A stretch of 64,000 nt of DNA, from positions 380,494,001 to 380,558,000 of the forward strand of contig OZ024741.1 of the NCBI GenBank assembly GCA_964016885.1, in the 5' to 3' direction. Source of the DNA: Eledone cirrhosa. Its lineage: Eukaryota. Under the pieces are notes generated by a model. The model was not told where the DNA came from and ran no database searches. It saw nothing but the letters and a program-made list of their open reading frames with translations. Both the position numbers and the translations under genes were made by a program. This document shows positions 12,535 through 25,620 of this stretch, in pieces; positions within the stretch are counted from its first letter, which is position 1, and each line of letters begins with the position of its first letter.

Positions 12535-12695
12535 GAATCGAGCTCAGTACTTAACTGGTACATTTTTTTATCAACCTCGAAATGATGAAAGGCAAGGTTG
12601 ACCTCAGTGGGATTTGAACTCAGAAAGCAGAGAGCTGGAATGAATACCCCAAAGTACACAATCCAATGTCCTAATGACTCTGACCATTTGCCAAA
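12535..12695 (-). mobile_element. tRNA-derived SINE (same family as 19550 copies), diverged
   Basis: Reverse complement of the GAGTTCAAATCCC B box and CCTTGCCTTTCATC...GATAAAA..GTACCAG body. Confidence 0.7.
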
Positions 12696-15369
12696 ATGAT
12701 GATGAGAACTCAAATGTATGTTAAAAGAAGAACTAATGCAAATATTCACTCTAGGACAAAGACAATCAAATAGATAATGTCATTAGTCTAAGTTATCTTT
12801 CAAAACATTCCTTTTCAGCCTTCCACGATACAACACTGCCCTGTTTAAAGCATTCAAAATTAAAATAGAATATTTCATCATAATTAGATATAAGAACTTT
12901 GTCTTAAGCTGAATTCAAAAACATCAGCATAGTAATGATCGTGTTAATTATTTTACTAAATGCTTTCAAATTCTTCATTATTTTCAAAATTAAATAACAA
13001 GCATAAAATGTATTTCATTAGAGATATGTTAATGAAAGAGTTAAGGAAAATAAATAATAAATTAAAATGCATTACAATGCATCTTCATGGAACAAAGAAT
13101 AAAATGATGTTATTGGTTAGGAAATAAATTTTAAGATTTAAAGTTATAAATAATGTTTTCCTTTAATTAGAAAATGGGAAATAAGTAAATACAAATTCAT
13201 TTTTCATTGACTGTTCCATCTTCTTTGTAAGGGAGAGAAGCCTTGACAGTAAGGTTCTCTTTTCTCTTTTCTTCATAAAATTACTACAAAATCATGTAGT
13301 TGCTTTTTATAGATTTGTTTATGGAAAAAAGAGGGAACAGGGAAAAACATTCCTGCAAGTCTTGGAAATCATGTTACAATAGTCAATAAAAAGTTTACAT
13401 TACATAGAAAATAGTAATCTAAAAAGTATTGAGGCCTATTATTTTGAATAATAGTGGTCATCAGTGTGTATTCCTGTAAGATGATATATTTAAAACAGAG
13501 AAACAGGTCGGGGGCGATATATGTCAATCTGATATATGACGAGCTCTTTTCTACCATCAATGTTTTTGGTCACATAATCCTTGGCTTATATTCGAGCATA
13601 TACTGTAGTTTTGCTGCAAATATTTTGAATTGATTTCATCGCAGCTGCCTTACTGAGAGCCCTGTGTAAATTATTTCAGAATTAATCATCATCTGCAGCA
13701 GATGCATATTACTCCAAGAAACTGAGCTACATAAACTTGAAAGATTTATAGATTTATATACAAACTATTTTTGCAAAAAGCTTATTTATAAAATCTATAA
13801 GACTTTCAAGTCAAAAGTATATGTATGTTTATTATACATAAATATATTGTTATGGGTCCATATACACCTTTAGTAAGATTCTAACACAGCAAAATATAAC
13901 TGTAAATTAAAGATAAAAATCATCTCAATCAATAAAGATAAAAATCAATCTCATTAGTGTAATCTTGAAAACAATTGTTGTATATCAAATCTGATACCTA
14001 TAATTCAGTTCCATGGTGGCTATCCAGTATACACATCTTACAATATGCTTGGAATTATTATCACATCTTACATCGCATTACTTGACAAGTAATGGCATTA
14101 TTTGTTAAAAGTTTCTAAAGCATCAATCATTAGTGCAGTGCATTTTTAACAGTGAGGATAACTAAGGTGTGATTGTAACTCAGTTCAGAACAACAAATCA
14201 CAAAGTTCTTCATTAAAAAATCATTGGCATTTCTGTTTTTTTTTGTTTTTTTTCGTGGGATGTTTAATTCCTTCACTGACATACTTTGGTAAATATGTAG
14301 TGATAGGGTTCACCATTATGTAGCGAATGGATATATTATTTGTAGGATGAATGATAAAAAGAATGATGAAGAATTGTGTTGTTGCAATGTTTATTTTGTA
14401 ATAATAAAATTTACTTGCTGCTACATCGAATAATGAGTAATAAAATTGTGACACAATTATCACTACATTAATTGTCTTACTAGCTACTTCGAGGTAGTAT
14501 AAATTCATGTATCAAAGAAGCAATACAGTAGAAGTTGTGTGTTGTACTTTACAGTAGTAGGAAATGACAGGAAGCCAAAAGGATAGATGAGTGTAGAAGG
14601 GAACAATATAAGGAAACCTAATGTGTGCGTGAGTGTTAATCTTTATCATACGTGGTTTCTGTAGTAGTGGTCAATCTGTCGAGTGGGTAAGAATCTTGAG
14701 AGGATAGTAGGTAGAAGACTGATTTTATGAAGAGAATCTATAGCGTTAATAGAACTGTTCTTCTGTCATCTTAGTTAATCACTATCTCTGGTTCGGTTCT
14801 TGAAGCAATTGTATTTATAAGAATACTATAGCTAGAAGGACGTGTATATGGTTTTTGAGACAATAGTGGCTATGTGTCTATCGTCTGTCAAGTGTTTGAT
14901 GTCACAGGTCAAGTGGTATATACATTTATCATAGTTGTCTTTTGACAGGGCAATGGTAAGAATGCCTAACAATAGGTGGTTTTAGAGGGGAGGAATTTTG
15001 GATTCGATTTTGATTCTCTGCCAAGTAAAACAGAAGAATTCCGTTACTCATACATAAACATGCACTCACATAACTACATACACACATAGCTTACTTACAC
15101 TTTACATCTACCAAATTTCATTCACAAGTTATTGATCAGCCTGAGCTTATAATAGAAGAGTTTACACCCTACAAGTTGTTCATACTGGTGCCACAACAAA
15201 AAGCACCTAGTCCCTCCTGCAAGATGGTAGTGTTGGTTCCACAAAAATAGTTCCCAGTACAAGAGTAAGGTGGTTGGTTTTGGGAAGGACATTCAGTCAC
15301 AGTAAATCAAGTCAACAACAGAGCACATGAGTAAGATGTGGTCACCTGACCTGTCTGGTTTTATAAAGT

Positions 15370-15670
15370 GTGTATAGTGCCTGATATATAATGTCTGAGC
15401 ATATAATGTATGTGCATATAATGGATGTGTATGTAATGGATGTTTAAATAATGTGTCGATAATGAGTGTATACATTATGTATGTGTATATAATGTATATA
15501 TATTATGCATGTGTAAATATAATGTATGCATTTATTATGTGTCTTTTAATGTATGTATACATTATGAATATGTGTATAATGGATGCATATATAATGGATT
15601 ATATGGATATATAATGGATATGCGTATATAATGACTTCTAATGCATGTGTATATAATGACTTCTAACTTA
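15370..15670. repeat. Degenerate TATATAATGTATG-type minisatellite
   Basis: Repeated variants of gtatataatg. Confidence 0.75.
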
Positions 15671-16036
15671 GTCTCAACACCTCATATTTATTTCATTAAT
15701 TATAATCAATTAGTCTCAATTCCTCTACTTAATTAATATATTTTACCAATCGCAGGTGAATAAAATGTAAAGCATAAACCAGCTTCAGTGTAAGAGGCAT
15801 ATTTATTTACTTATCAAAAGCTTAATTAGCTTAAAATAACAGTATTCTTCTTAGTATCAATAACTGTAGTAGAGAGTAAATCAGACCCAGTAGTTATTCA
15901 TGAGCCTAAATCAAAAGGATGATTGGAGAGAACATCAATGGAGACAGTTAGTAGCACATCCTAGGTCTCTAGAATTTGGAGAGCAGAGAGACAAAAACCA
16001 AAATAGACAGATAGTAAAGTTTATTTTAAAACTTGA

Positions 16037-16203
16037 AATAATTGTTTCTACTTTTGCCACAAGCCAGCAATTATCCCAGTGCATTACTGGTACTTTATTT
16101 TATCGACCCCATAAGGATGAAAGGCAAAGTTATCTTCGCTGGGATTTGAACTCAGACTGTAAAGGGGCATAATTCTATGCTACAAAGTATGGCGTCCGAC
16201 CCG
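16037..16203 (-). mobile_element. tRNA-derived SINE (19550 family)
   Basis: Close reverse complement of 19570-19742, ending AGAAACAATTATT; an older related copy follows at ~16205-16345. Confidence 0.85.
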
Positions 16204-16559
16204 AGGCATAAAGCCAGCAAATTTGTGGGAAGGGAAAAGTCAATCACACTGAATCCAGTATAGTACATATTTTATCTAACTCAACAAGATGAAAGGCAAA
16301 GTTGACCTTAGCTGGATTTGAACATAAAGAGCCTCAGCAAATACTGATGTGAATATGTTCATATATATATATATGTGAGTGTGTGTGTATATATATGTGT
16401 GTGTGTGTGTCTATGACCAATGTATATAGATAAGAGACATCCATATATATATATATATATACACTCACACACATTTATATATATATATATATATATATAC
16501 ATACACACACATATATATATGGACCTTCTAGTTTCATTTTACATTATATACATGTCTGT

Positions 16560-16840
16560 GTATCATCATCATCATCATCATCATCACTGTTTTACGTCCG
16601 TTCTTCCATGCTAGCTTGGGTTAGACGGGTTGTCCTGTTGTGGGCAGTGTCTGGTCGGCTGACCATGCCTTGCTCATACAGGAACTGATTTTGGCTTGAT
16701 TTCTGCAGCTGGATGCCCTTCCTATCACCAACCTCATTTACAGTGAGTGCTGGGTGATTTTTTCCGTGGCGCCTACACGTCTACTTTACAGTGTGGGTTG
16801 TGTGCTTTTTTGCCGTGGCACTTCCACGACCACCTTGCAC
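16560..16840 (-). mobile_element. 3' UTR fragment of the long-UTR RTE family
   Basis: Closely matches 9404-9665, including the (CAT)n tail. Confidence 0.88.
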
Positions 16841-17279
16841 GTATATGTATGGGCCTTCCAGTTTTATTTCAAATTAGATACATGTCTGTGTATGTTTTAA
16901 TTATTTTAAAATTATTTTTAAGTGAACATGATTTTTTAAAAATATTTTGACGTGGTCTAGTAATAAATTAAGAGAGAAAAAATAATTATAATGAAATAGG
17001 GGAAAGGGAAAAGAGTGCAACAGACACTACACCCTTGTCTAGGAGGTATATCTCAGCTGTGCCCTATGGACAAGATGGCAAAAGTATTGTTGAGGAGAAC
17101 AGCCAGTGGTACCATAGCATCAGCAATACTACTTCATAGAGCAAAGTACTAAAACCATATCAAGTCCCTGCAGTGTTTTCTTTTTATCTCAGTAAGAAGA
17201 TAAACTTTGTTGATAATATAACTGTAAATCATACAACCAGAAAAATAGTCTAAAGTCTGTCTTGAACCAGGAGGCCTAT

Positions 17280-17462
17280 CAGGCCAATGCTTATTCTGGT
17301 TTCGATAGTATGAAGCAATTGATAGTGCAAGACACACTCCCCACTGGACAGAACCCCCAGCTATTTCTGGTACACATTTTCAGCTGAGTATACTGGAGCA
17401 ACATGAAATGAAATCTTTTGCTCAAGAACACAACACTCAATTCAGTTCAGGAATCAAACCCA
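17280..17462 (-). mobile_element. CORE-like SINE remnant
   Basis: Reverse complement of TGTTCTTGAGCAAAAG..TTCATGTTGCTCCAGTATACTCAGCTG, matching 63410-63465. Confidence 0.6.
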
Positions 17463-19549
17463 TATTCCTTGTAGAGAAATAATGGGCATTACCAAGTTTA
17501 AATAATCGAGATAAAACATGTTACTATGGCACCTCTACAACTTTATCAAGCATTTAGGGCCAAGGATTACAAAATTATTTAGTTTTTGTATATTGTAATA
17601 CACATTTTTCATATCTAGATAGTTATTAATTCTTTCTAGTAGTTGAATTGAGAATATTTTTTCTAATGTTGATTATTCATTCAGAATAAATTTCTTCTGT
17701 AATATCTACAGTTAATTACTTTATTGCAGACAGATTCCATAAGCAGACAGCTTGTACAGTTTGAATAATTAAGTTAGAAGCATATATTTGTTTTTAATGA
17801 AAACAAACATTATTTCTGCAGGAAATATGTGACAGAATCTATTAACATTGCTCTTATTGCTAGACCTGTTGTCATAAAAGATACCACTTTCATATACCAA
17901 CAAATAAATTAGTTAATCCTACCAAAATATACCTTTTGTTACTAAGTTAATTAATATTTATGTTACTGTTTTATTTTGCTTAGTTATTAGAAATATTTTA
18001 TTTTATTTCAATGGATGCTACTTATTGCTGAATCAGATTTATATATTGGTAAATATTACACTATACTTGATAATAGTGTTATATACTGCTACACATCAAC
18101 ACTACACATCAACACAGCTTTATAAGAAGTTGGTACACATTACACTATATAAGTCTATAAATTTACATGTTAATACACACTAAGCTACTCATCACCACAC
18201 CTTTATTAATTAATACACACTAGTATACATGACCACAGTTTCATAAGTTGTTACACACTAGGCTAAACATCACAAGTTTTATGTCTTGGTTGTGTATGTT
18301 TAGGCATCAAATTGGCAGAAACAGTAGAACATGATGTAGAATGTTTTGTGGATGTTCTTTCTAACTCTTTTTTCTCTGAGCTCAAATCTCACAGAGATCA
18401 ACTTTTCCTTTCATTCTTTCAAGGTCGATAAAGTATCAATTCATGACTAAAATCGAATTTTCTTCTCTCTCTCCATATCTATATAGCTATTTATTCATCT
18501 AACAATTTATCTATCTGTTTATCCCTCTTTCTCTGGAAAACATTGGCTACTTTCAAACCTAGAGTGGGATGGGCTCCACCACGTTAAAATGCCCAAGACG
18601 AAAGTGCCCTTACAACTCCCCCAAGTTAAAGGCTCATGCATGTATGAAAAGGTATACAGCATCCTTCAGTGGTTAAGCAGTTCACTTTGTAATAAAAAGG
18701 TCCCACCTTTAATCCTGCTGCCTGAAACATCCCACAGTCAACAAAAGGCAATCAAAGTGCTACCACTACTATCTGTAAGACCATTTGCAGAGAAGAGCTA
18801 GTAATGCAGCTAGTCTAATGAGAACCTTTTTCTTCAAAAATGCTTATCAGAAACCTAAATGTGCTAGTCAACTTTCTCAACCATAACATAGACAATGCAT
18901 GAAAACATATGCTGCATATAAGATTCATTGCATTAATTGCAGCACATGTTAACAACACAATTCAGCCATTATATATCCAAATCAAAGATCATCTAACATG
19001 CATATTGTCACTCAAAATTCAACAAATATAGAAATATAGCCATTATGGAAACCATCAAAGCATTTAATTTCTGTTTTTCTATGTTAGCATATGTTGGATG
19101 TGATATCACATACCAAGGCATTACTTCATCACAGCTATTGTCCTCCCAGACAGGATATGTCTAACTTATGAGAATTCTGGTTTTGACATGGTTTCTATAG
19201 CTGGATACTCTTCCTATCACTTTACAGAGTGAACTGGATGCATTTTGTCATGAAACCAACGTTAGGAAAGATATCATAAACTTGACACAACTAAGGAATT
19301 TTCTCAACTTTTGTTTATTTGGTTTCTATGGTGGCATGCCCTTACAACACCAACCATTTCACAGAGTTCACAGATCATGTTTTTCCTGATGCTCTATATA
19401 TATAACATCTAAGCACTTGAAGATTAGGGCACAATTTTCATCCCTCTTAAAATATGGAGATATGATAACTATTGGGACTGGAGACCTTAGGTGGTACTTT
19501 TGTTGTTCTGTGTATGAATATAAATGAATGATATTATATTACATATATA

Positions 19550-19740
19550 GGGCGGTGGATTGGCAGTATCGGTAGAGGGTCGGACGCCATGCTTTGACGC
19601 ATAGAGTTACGGACCTTGCCATTCTGAGTTCAAATCCCGCCGAGGTTAACTTTGCCTTTCATCCTTATGGGGCCGATAAAATAAAGTACCAGTAATACAC
19701 TGGGTAATTGCTGGCCTTGTTCCAAAAGTAGAAACAATTA
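19550..19740 (+). mobile_element. tRNA-derived SINE, full length, 17-bp TSD
   Basis: A-box-like TGGCAGTATCGG, B box GAGTTCAAATCCC, 3' end GGCCTTGTTCCAAAAGTAGAAACAATTA; ATTATATTACATATATA at 19533-19549 and 19737-19753. Confidence 0.88.
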
Positions 19741-19756
19741 TATTACATATATATCA

Positions 19757-19942
19757 GGGTGGTGGATTGGCAGTATCGGCAGAGAGTCGGACGTCATGCT
19801 ATGCGGTGTAGAGTTACGGCCCTTTACGGTCTGAGGTCCGCCGAGGTTAACTTTGCCTTTCATCCTTACGGGGTCGATAAAATAAAGTACCAGTAATACA
19901 CTGGAATAATTGCTGGCCTTGTGCCAAAAGTAGAAACAATTA
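19757..19942 (+). mobile_element. tRNA-derived SINE, second tandem copy
   Basis: Similar to 19550-19740 with a deletion in the B box; flanked by TATATCA on both sides. Confidence 0.85.
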
Positions 19943-19984
19943 TATCATCATCAACTTTATTGTTTAACATCCATTTTTCCACAC

Positions 19985-20512
19985 TTATATTATATATACA
20001 CCTCCCATGACCACAAGCTGAAGCATACATCTGGTATGCACCACCTTGACCTTCGCCCCTCCCCCATTCAACACATCTCCCCCATCCTAAAAATCCAACC
20101 TTCACCCACACCTATATACACACATCTCTAATCCCCACACACCCTTCCCACCAACCCCCAGCCTACACTGTAAAGTTGACATGAAGGCAACACAATAAAA
20201 AGCACCCAGCCCACACTGTAAGGTGGCCATGTAGGCGGCATGACAAAAATCACCCACTCCATGCTGTAAAGTATTCATGTAGATGTCATGACAAAAAGCA
20301 CTCAGTCCACACTGTAAAGTGACCATGTAGGTGCACTGAGTACTCACTGTAAATGTGGTTGACATTAGGAAGAGCATCAAGACATAGAGACCAAAGCAAA
20401 ATTGGTTCTGAATGAGGAAGATATGGTCATCTGACCTTGATTTGCCATGAATAGGACAACCCATCTAACCCATACTATCGTGGAGAATGGACATTAATGG
20501 TGATAGTGATGT
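19985..20512 (+). mobile_element. RTE 3' UTR fragment with ~41-bp tandem units
   Basis: About five AAAAGCACCCAGCCCACACTGTAAAG-like units, then GGACAACCCATCTAACCCATACTA..GGACATTAATGGTGAT. Confidence 0.8.
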
Positions 20513-21409
20513 ATTTATGAATGGATGTGTAGTATTTGATAATATACTGTATGTTTATTTAAAAACAAATACATCGCTTTCCCAGAGCACCAATACTAAT
20601 TCCTATATTTATATATATATAGCTGGCCCGACAAACAGATAGATAGATATACATTGGAAACATATGACACTATTCCAAACTGACTATTACATTTGAAATT
20701 ACTCACAGTTGCAAAGTTTCACAAAATTGTATCAGAAAACGTGTTTATAGAGTGAAATTAGTTTTGTATCCACAGAGAATATACAGCTTGATAATGAAGG
20801 TAGCACAAATGATGCAGAAATTATATTTACTTTCATTTTTGTTTTGTTAAGCGAATTATTTTTATCTAGCCTGTGTTTGTATAATATCAGAATTGATACT
20901 TATTGTATACCAACTTCAAGGATACCAGACACAATTATTAGGCTATAACTTGAGATACAACACTCTAAATACTTGAGAAAATCAGTGAGCCTCTATGCTG
21001 ATTCTCAAAACGGTAGAAATTTCAACAAAATGTGTTTGTATATTTCAAACTGAATCATACTTTCTTAACTCTTCACATCTTGTACTAAATTAGCAGAAAA
21101 TATTTAGGAACAGTTTTGTTTTTAGTTCAAATACTTAAACTTCCTTTACTAATGGACAGATTGTTGTGAAAATTAGCAGTATTAGAATAATTAATTTTTA
21201 ATTTGTTGCAGTCATTGTGCTATTTTGTAATTTTCAAGAATGCCCTGCATATGAAGTTTCAAGGGGTACAGTATACTAAGGCTTAATAAAAGAGGGATAT
21301 ATTAGATGACGTAATTCTAAATAAATCATGTCTGTATACACAATAAACAGCATCTTTGATCATAGATCAGTTCAATCAGAACTGAGCTGTATGGTAAGCA
21401 ACAGCAATC

Positions 21410-21610
21410 ATCATCTTCACTGTTTAATGTCCATTTTTCATTCTAGCATGGGTTAGATGTGTAGTCCCATTGTGAGACAAGTCAGATCAGATGACCATCT
21501 CTTGTTCACACAGAACCGTTACTGACTTGGTTTCTATGGCTGGATATCCTTCCTAATGCCAACCACATTTACAGTATGGACCTGGTGCTTTTATTCTAGC
21601 ACCAACATTT
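21410..21610 (-). mobile_element. RTE/SINE 3'-end fragment
   Basis: CATC..TTTAATGTCCATTTTTCATTCTAGCATGGGTTAGA, homologous to 9404-9600. Confidence 0.75.
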
Positions 21611-22299
21611 TTGAAGAAACACATTAGGGAGCTTTCTGTTGTTGCTGTTGTGGTTTAACTTCAGGTTAGCTCTGGTCAAGCAGACAAAATAACAAAGGTA
21701 TCCCAGCTGTAAGCAGGGAGTATTCATTTTCTAGCCATAACCTGTGTCCTTCCATCGATAAGTCAGTCCATTATGAATTGACAGTCATTTGGCTGTTATT
21801 CCTAATAAGTTAAATGCCTTTACACTGACACTCAATAAGGTTTTATATGGTATCTACTTACCATTGAAGGGCAAGTAGACAAAATATTTAGAGGAAGCTC
21901 CTATTACTTATGAAGATGACTACTACCTACCTTATTGTCAGTAGACATTGAACACGTGTAGCTAACCATATCACATGAAACCACCTCTCGGTCTATGATA
22001 CAGAACTGTTGTTTTAAAATGTAGATATTTATCTAAATTTCTTTCATTGTAATTTTATGTAAAAACCTTTAGAAATTTATGTTCCAGACAGCAGTTAAAT
22101 AATGAAAAAAATTAGCGATTTTATATTTCATTTTTTTATTTGTTTTTAAAGATTCTTTATATGAAATCACATGTTGAAATAAATATTTTAGGAAGTTGGT
22201 GATGTCAATCTAAACACACATGCACACCTGTTTCACTTCAGTTTTATCAATTATCATCTAATTAATCCATGAACAAGTAGGTTAACCAACTAATTGTCA

Positions 22300-23750
22300 A
22301 AGTCTTCTTCTTTGTGCGAGCTGTGATCTCTCAATTCGGAGAAGTAGTGGTTCTACTTGGAGTGACTCTCTGGTCTCCGAGCTACGCACTCTATCAAGTA
22401 ACATTACTCCAAAGACCCTTAGGAGAAACCTCATTTTGGGTTCTTGTATTTGTAATTGGATTCTTTCAGTGATTACCCAATATTCATGACCATGGTTGGC
22501 AGAAACACCAAATTGAAGATAGCGAATTTGGCTTTTATGCCTACCTCCTTTCTTCTGATTAATGAATGCTGAAGCTTTAGCATTACTGCAGCAGCTCCTA
22601 CAATGCTTGCACTTAATTCATTCTCCTGCCTTCCATCACTTGTGAACACAGCCCCGAGATACTTGAACTTCTGCTGCTTCCGAGAAACTCTATTTACATA
22701 GAGAGCGCACTGCACAGGCTTCCTTAATGTGTGCCTCAATTTTCACAGCTCTGATTTCCATTCCAGCCATGAAGCACTTGGCATCAAGCCTATTGAATGC
22801 AAATCAGAGCTCACTTCTGTTGATTTAAGTAACACCATGTCGTCTGCAAATACCAGCTGACTGATTTTACTCTCACCAGTCTTGATACCACTTCCAACTC
22901 AGCTGCGCATGTCAATCCTGTTCATGTAAATAATGAACAGGAGAGTTGAGAGTACACGCCCTTGGCATAGTCCAACTCCCATACAGAATGGTTTTGATTT
23001 AGCACCATGTATCCCAATACGATCGTATGTCATTTCAAGGTCAAGAAATAAGAATATACTTCTTAGCAATACTCCCACAATTTCTCGAAGTCCTGCTGCA
23101 GTGTAAATATTTGTTTGGCTCTGCTGCATCAAGAGCATAAACCACACTGTTCATCAGCTAACTTAGACTTGACAATCTATATGCAGCTCTTTGCCAGACA
23201 CTTGGCATAGTCTTTACCAGTGAGGCTTAACAAGTTGACCCCTCTATAACTGGAGCAATCTTTCTTGTCTCATTTTTTGAAAATTGATATTATCACTCTC
23301 AATTACCCTTCCAAAGATCCAGGCCATCCAGCACACACAAATCAAATATATTGGGCCGGATTCCATCTTCCTCAATGCTCTTGCCACATTTGAGTGCTCT
23401 AACTGCTCTTGTAAGCTCAGCCTTTGAGATAGTAGTCACTGCTCCCAGATGAACCACATATACAGCAAAAGATGCTGTTATGATCAGGTTTAGGAAATCA
23501 GCAAACTATTCTCTCCAACTCGCGAGGGTGCTTCTCTCTGAAGAGAGGTGAACCCCAGATGCATTTTTGAAAGCAGGTTTGTAGGAGGGCTTCTTATTAC
23601 GAAGTCAGCAGACGGTCAGCCAGTATATTTTATTTGCCAATCTGCAGTCAGATTCCAGCTTAACCCCAAAGATATACCAAGTCATAACATTGGACGCCTT
23701 TGCTGTCTCTGCTACAATTATTTGAGCCTGCTTGTACTGCAAGTGCAAGG
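22300..23750 (-). mobile_element. Degenerate RTE-clade LINE of a second family (no PHD insert)
   Basis: GLCQGRVLSTLLFIIYM (RT), FKYLGAVFTSDGRQENEL and KAKFAIFNLVFLPT in ORFs 22899..23147 and 22473..22739; many lesions. Confidence 0.8.
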
Positions 23751-25364
23751 AGTAGGACGTATTTCTAAGCCAAGTAAATTTGAAGGGCAGATGAAGAGAA
23801 GACACAGAGGACAAGAGTCAGTGAGAAGGTCACAAACTTTGATGAATAGACTTTAACAATTAATTCACTATCTAACGGATTAATTATTTTGATAATAATA
23901 AATCTGATGTGAAACATATTTGGTGCATGTGTTTTGATTGGAAGCATGATGCTCCCAAAATACAGCAATTATTTATTTTACTAAATCTCTCGAAATTATT
24001 GGTATTTTTTTAATTATTTGGAAATAATTAGAAATTTGGTAAAACATGTTTAGATTAAATGGGATATGAACTACTAATCCATTCCAATGATACCTCAACA
24101 ACCTAATGGCTCAGCTAGTTGTAAATCTGTATATTATTAACCTTCATACGTTTTAAAGATTAAGAGATAAACTACAGGATTTGTTTACATACGGATTTTC
24201 CGTTCACATATTTAAAATCCTGGAAAACAATAGTAATAGAAATTACCATAACTCATTCTTGAATGTGTAACTATTTGATGTCTGTACAGAGTAAGGCAAC
24301 CTCTTGATGTTTAGATGTGAGTTAATATACTACTGCTGATAAGTATACATATTATTTAATAGAACTATTATTCCTACTTCTTATGCAGCTATGCAGCAAT
24401 AACATATATCATTTTATCCTCAACAGGTTTTTATTGGTGATGTAATAATGGATATTGAATGCAACATAGGATCCATATTTCATACGTTTTTGCTGTATAT
24501 AGGTATATCATTTATACATATACAGGATAATTCATTTACAACAAGCCATGAATGTAAATATATGTAAACATTTGTATATATATGAGCTATAGCAATGAGA
24601 ATTGCATTTAATTTGCACTTGATTTAATTTATACTTTATTTGATTCCCAATATTATATGCTTTGATATAATTTACATTTCATGATATCAAATAAACAGAC
24701 CAAGTAGAAGCAAGAAAATAAATAATCAAATTGATTAGGAATCATGTAATAAAGAAACAAAACAGTAGTTTGCTTAAGTATTCACTTAGCTTGCTCTCTA
24801 TATTAGAAATTATTAATGTTAAGAAGTTCAAATAGTCTTTAAAAGAACACAATTTTGTTGTGTTTTTTTTTAAACTTAAATGCAGAATTGTTGCTAATGA
24901 AATAAACATATGTAATTTTATCTGTAATTGCAGAGTTTGAAAATGTAAATATTGTTTGTAAATAATAGTTTAAGGAGAATTGTATATATATATACTGACA
25001 AAATAGAGCAAGCAACATCCTAGCTTATCTTACCAGTAAAGAAAATATTCAGTCTAGAATAAAGCTTCTAAAATAACCAAGATATAATGGTGTCACTACT
25101 ACCACTTTACCAAAAATCCTACAATCTCCTTCAAAAAAGATCAAATGTTTCAAGTTCAATATCTTAAGAGAAAACTCCTTCAATTTTGGAATAATTTGTA
25201 CTGGTCAGTCAAATATATATTTTAATTTTTCTGCAAATAAATAATGCACACTCTTGTAATTTAAACTGCTTTAGTAATCAGATTTCAATGGGTCTTTTTT
25301 TCATACAGTATTATCATTTCGAGGAACATTATTTTTCAGTCCATGAAAAATATGTTGAAAATAA

Positions 25365-25620
25365 TCCCATTTGATACCAAACCACCTGAAACCATCTTTG
25401 ATGCTATGATGCAACGACGTTTTAACATTCTTTTCTTTTTTTTTTAACTTTCAGCAAAATTTTATATAAGCACTTTTATCATATTGTTTGAAACACCAAC
25501 TTAATAATGTTAGATTTAGCCTTTTTACGAAACTTCTGCAAATTTATAATTACTTAAAGAATTATTTGAAAATCATAGGTAGTGGTTAGTTTTCATGAGA
25601 AATATAGTAACAAAATGGCT
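25365..25620 (+). mobile_element. Old dispersed ~300-bp repeat, possibly a TTAA-type MITE
   Basis: Shares GAAACCA.CT...CTATGATAC and AAACACCA..AATAATG blocks with ~21960-22200(+), ~12810-13045(+) and ~55445-55744(-); two copies end in GTTAA. Judged by eye. Confidence 0.4.

Noticed and set aside
14200-15040. Possible decayed PLE/GIY-YIG remnant on the minus strand
   Set aside because: Only a faint motif resemblance with many stops; too degenerate to call.
18060-18280. Weak ~36-bp tandem periodicity (TACACACTA..CATCAC)
   Set aside because: Too degenerate to define a unit by eye.
19550-19645. tRNA gene
   Set aside because: A and B boxes are present but there is no cloverleaf; it is the head of a dispersed SINE.
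20160-20365. Regularly spaced repeats superficially like a CRISPR array
   Set aside because: Degenerate tandem units without unique spacers, inside a retroelement UTR, in eukaryotic DNA with no cas genes.
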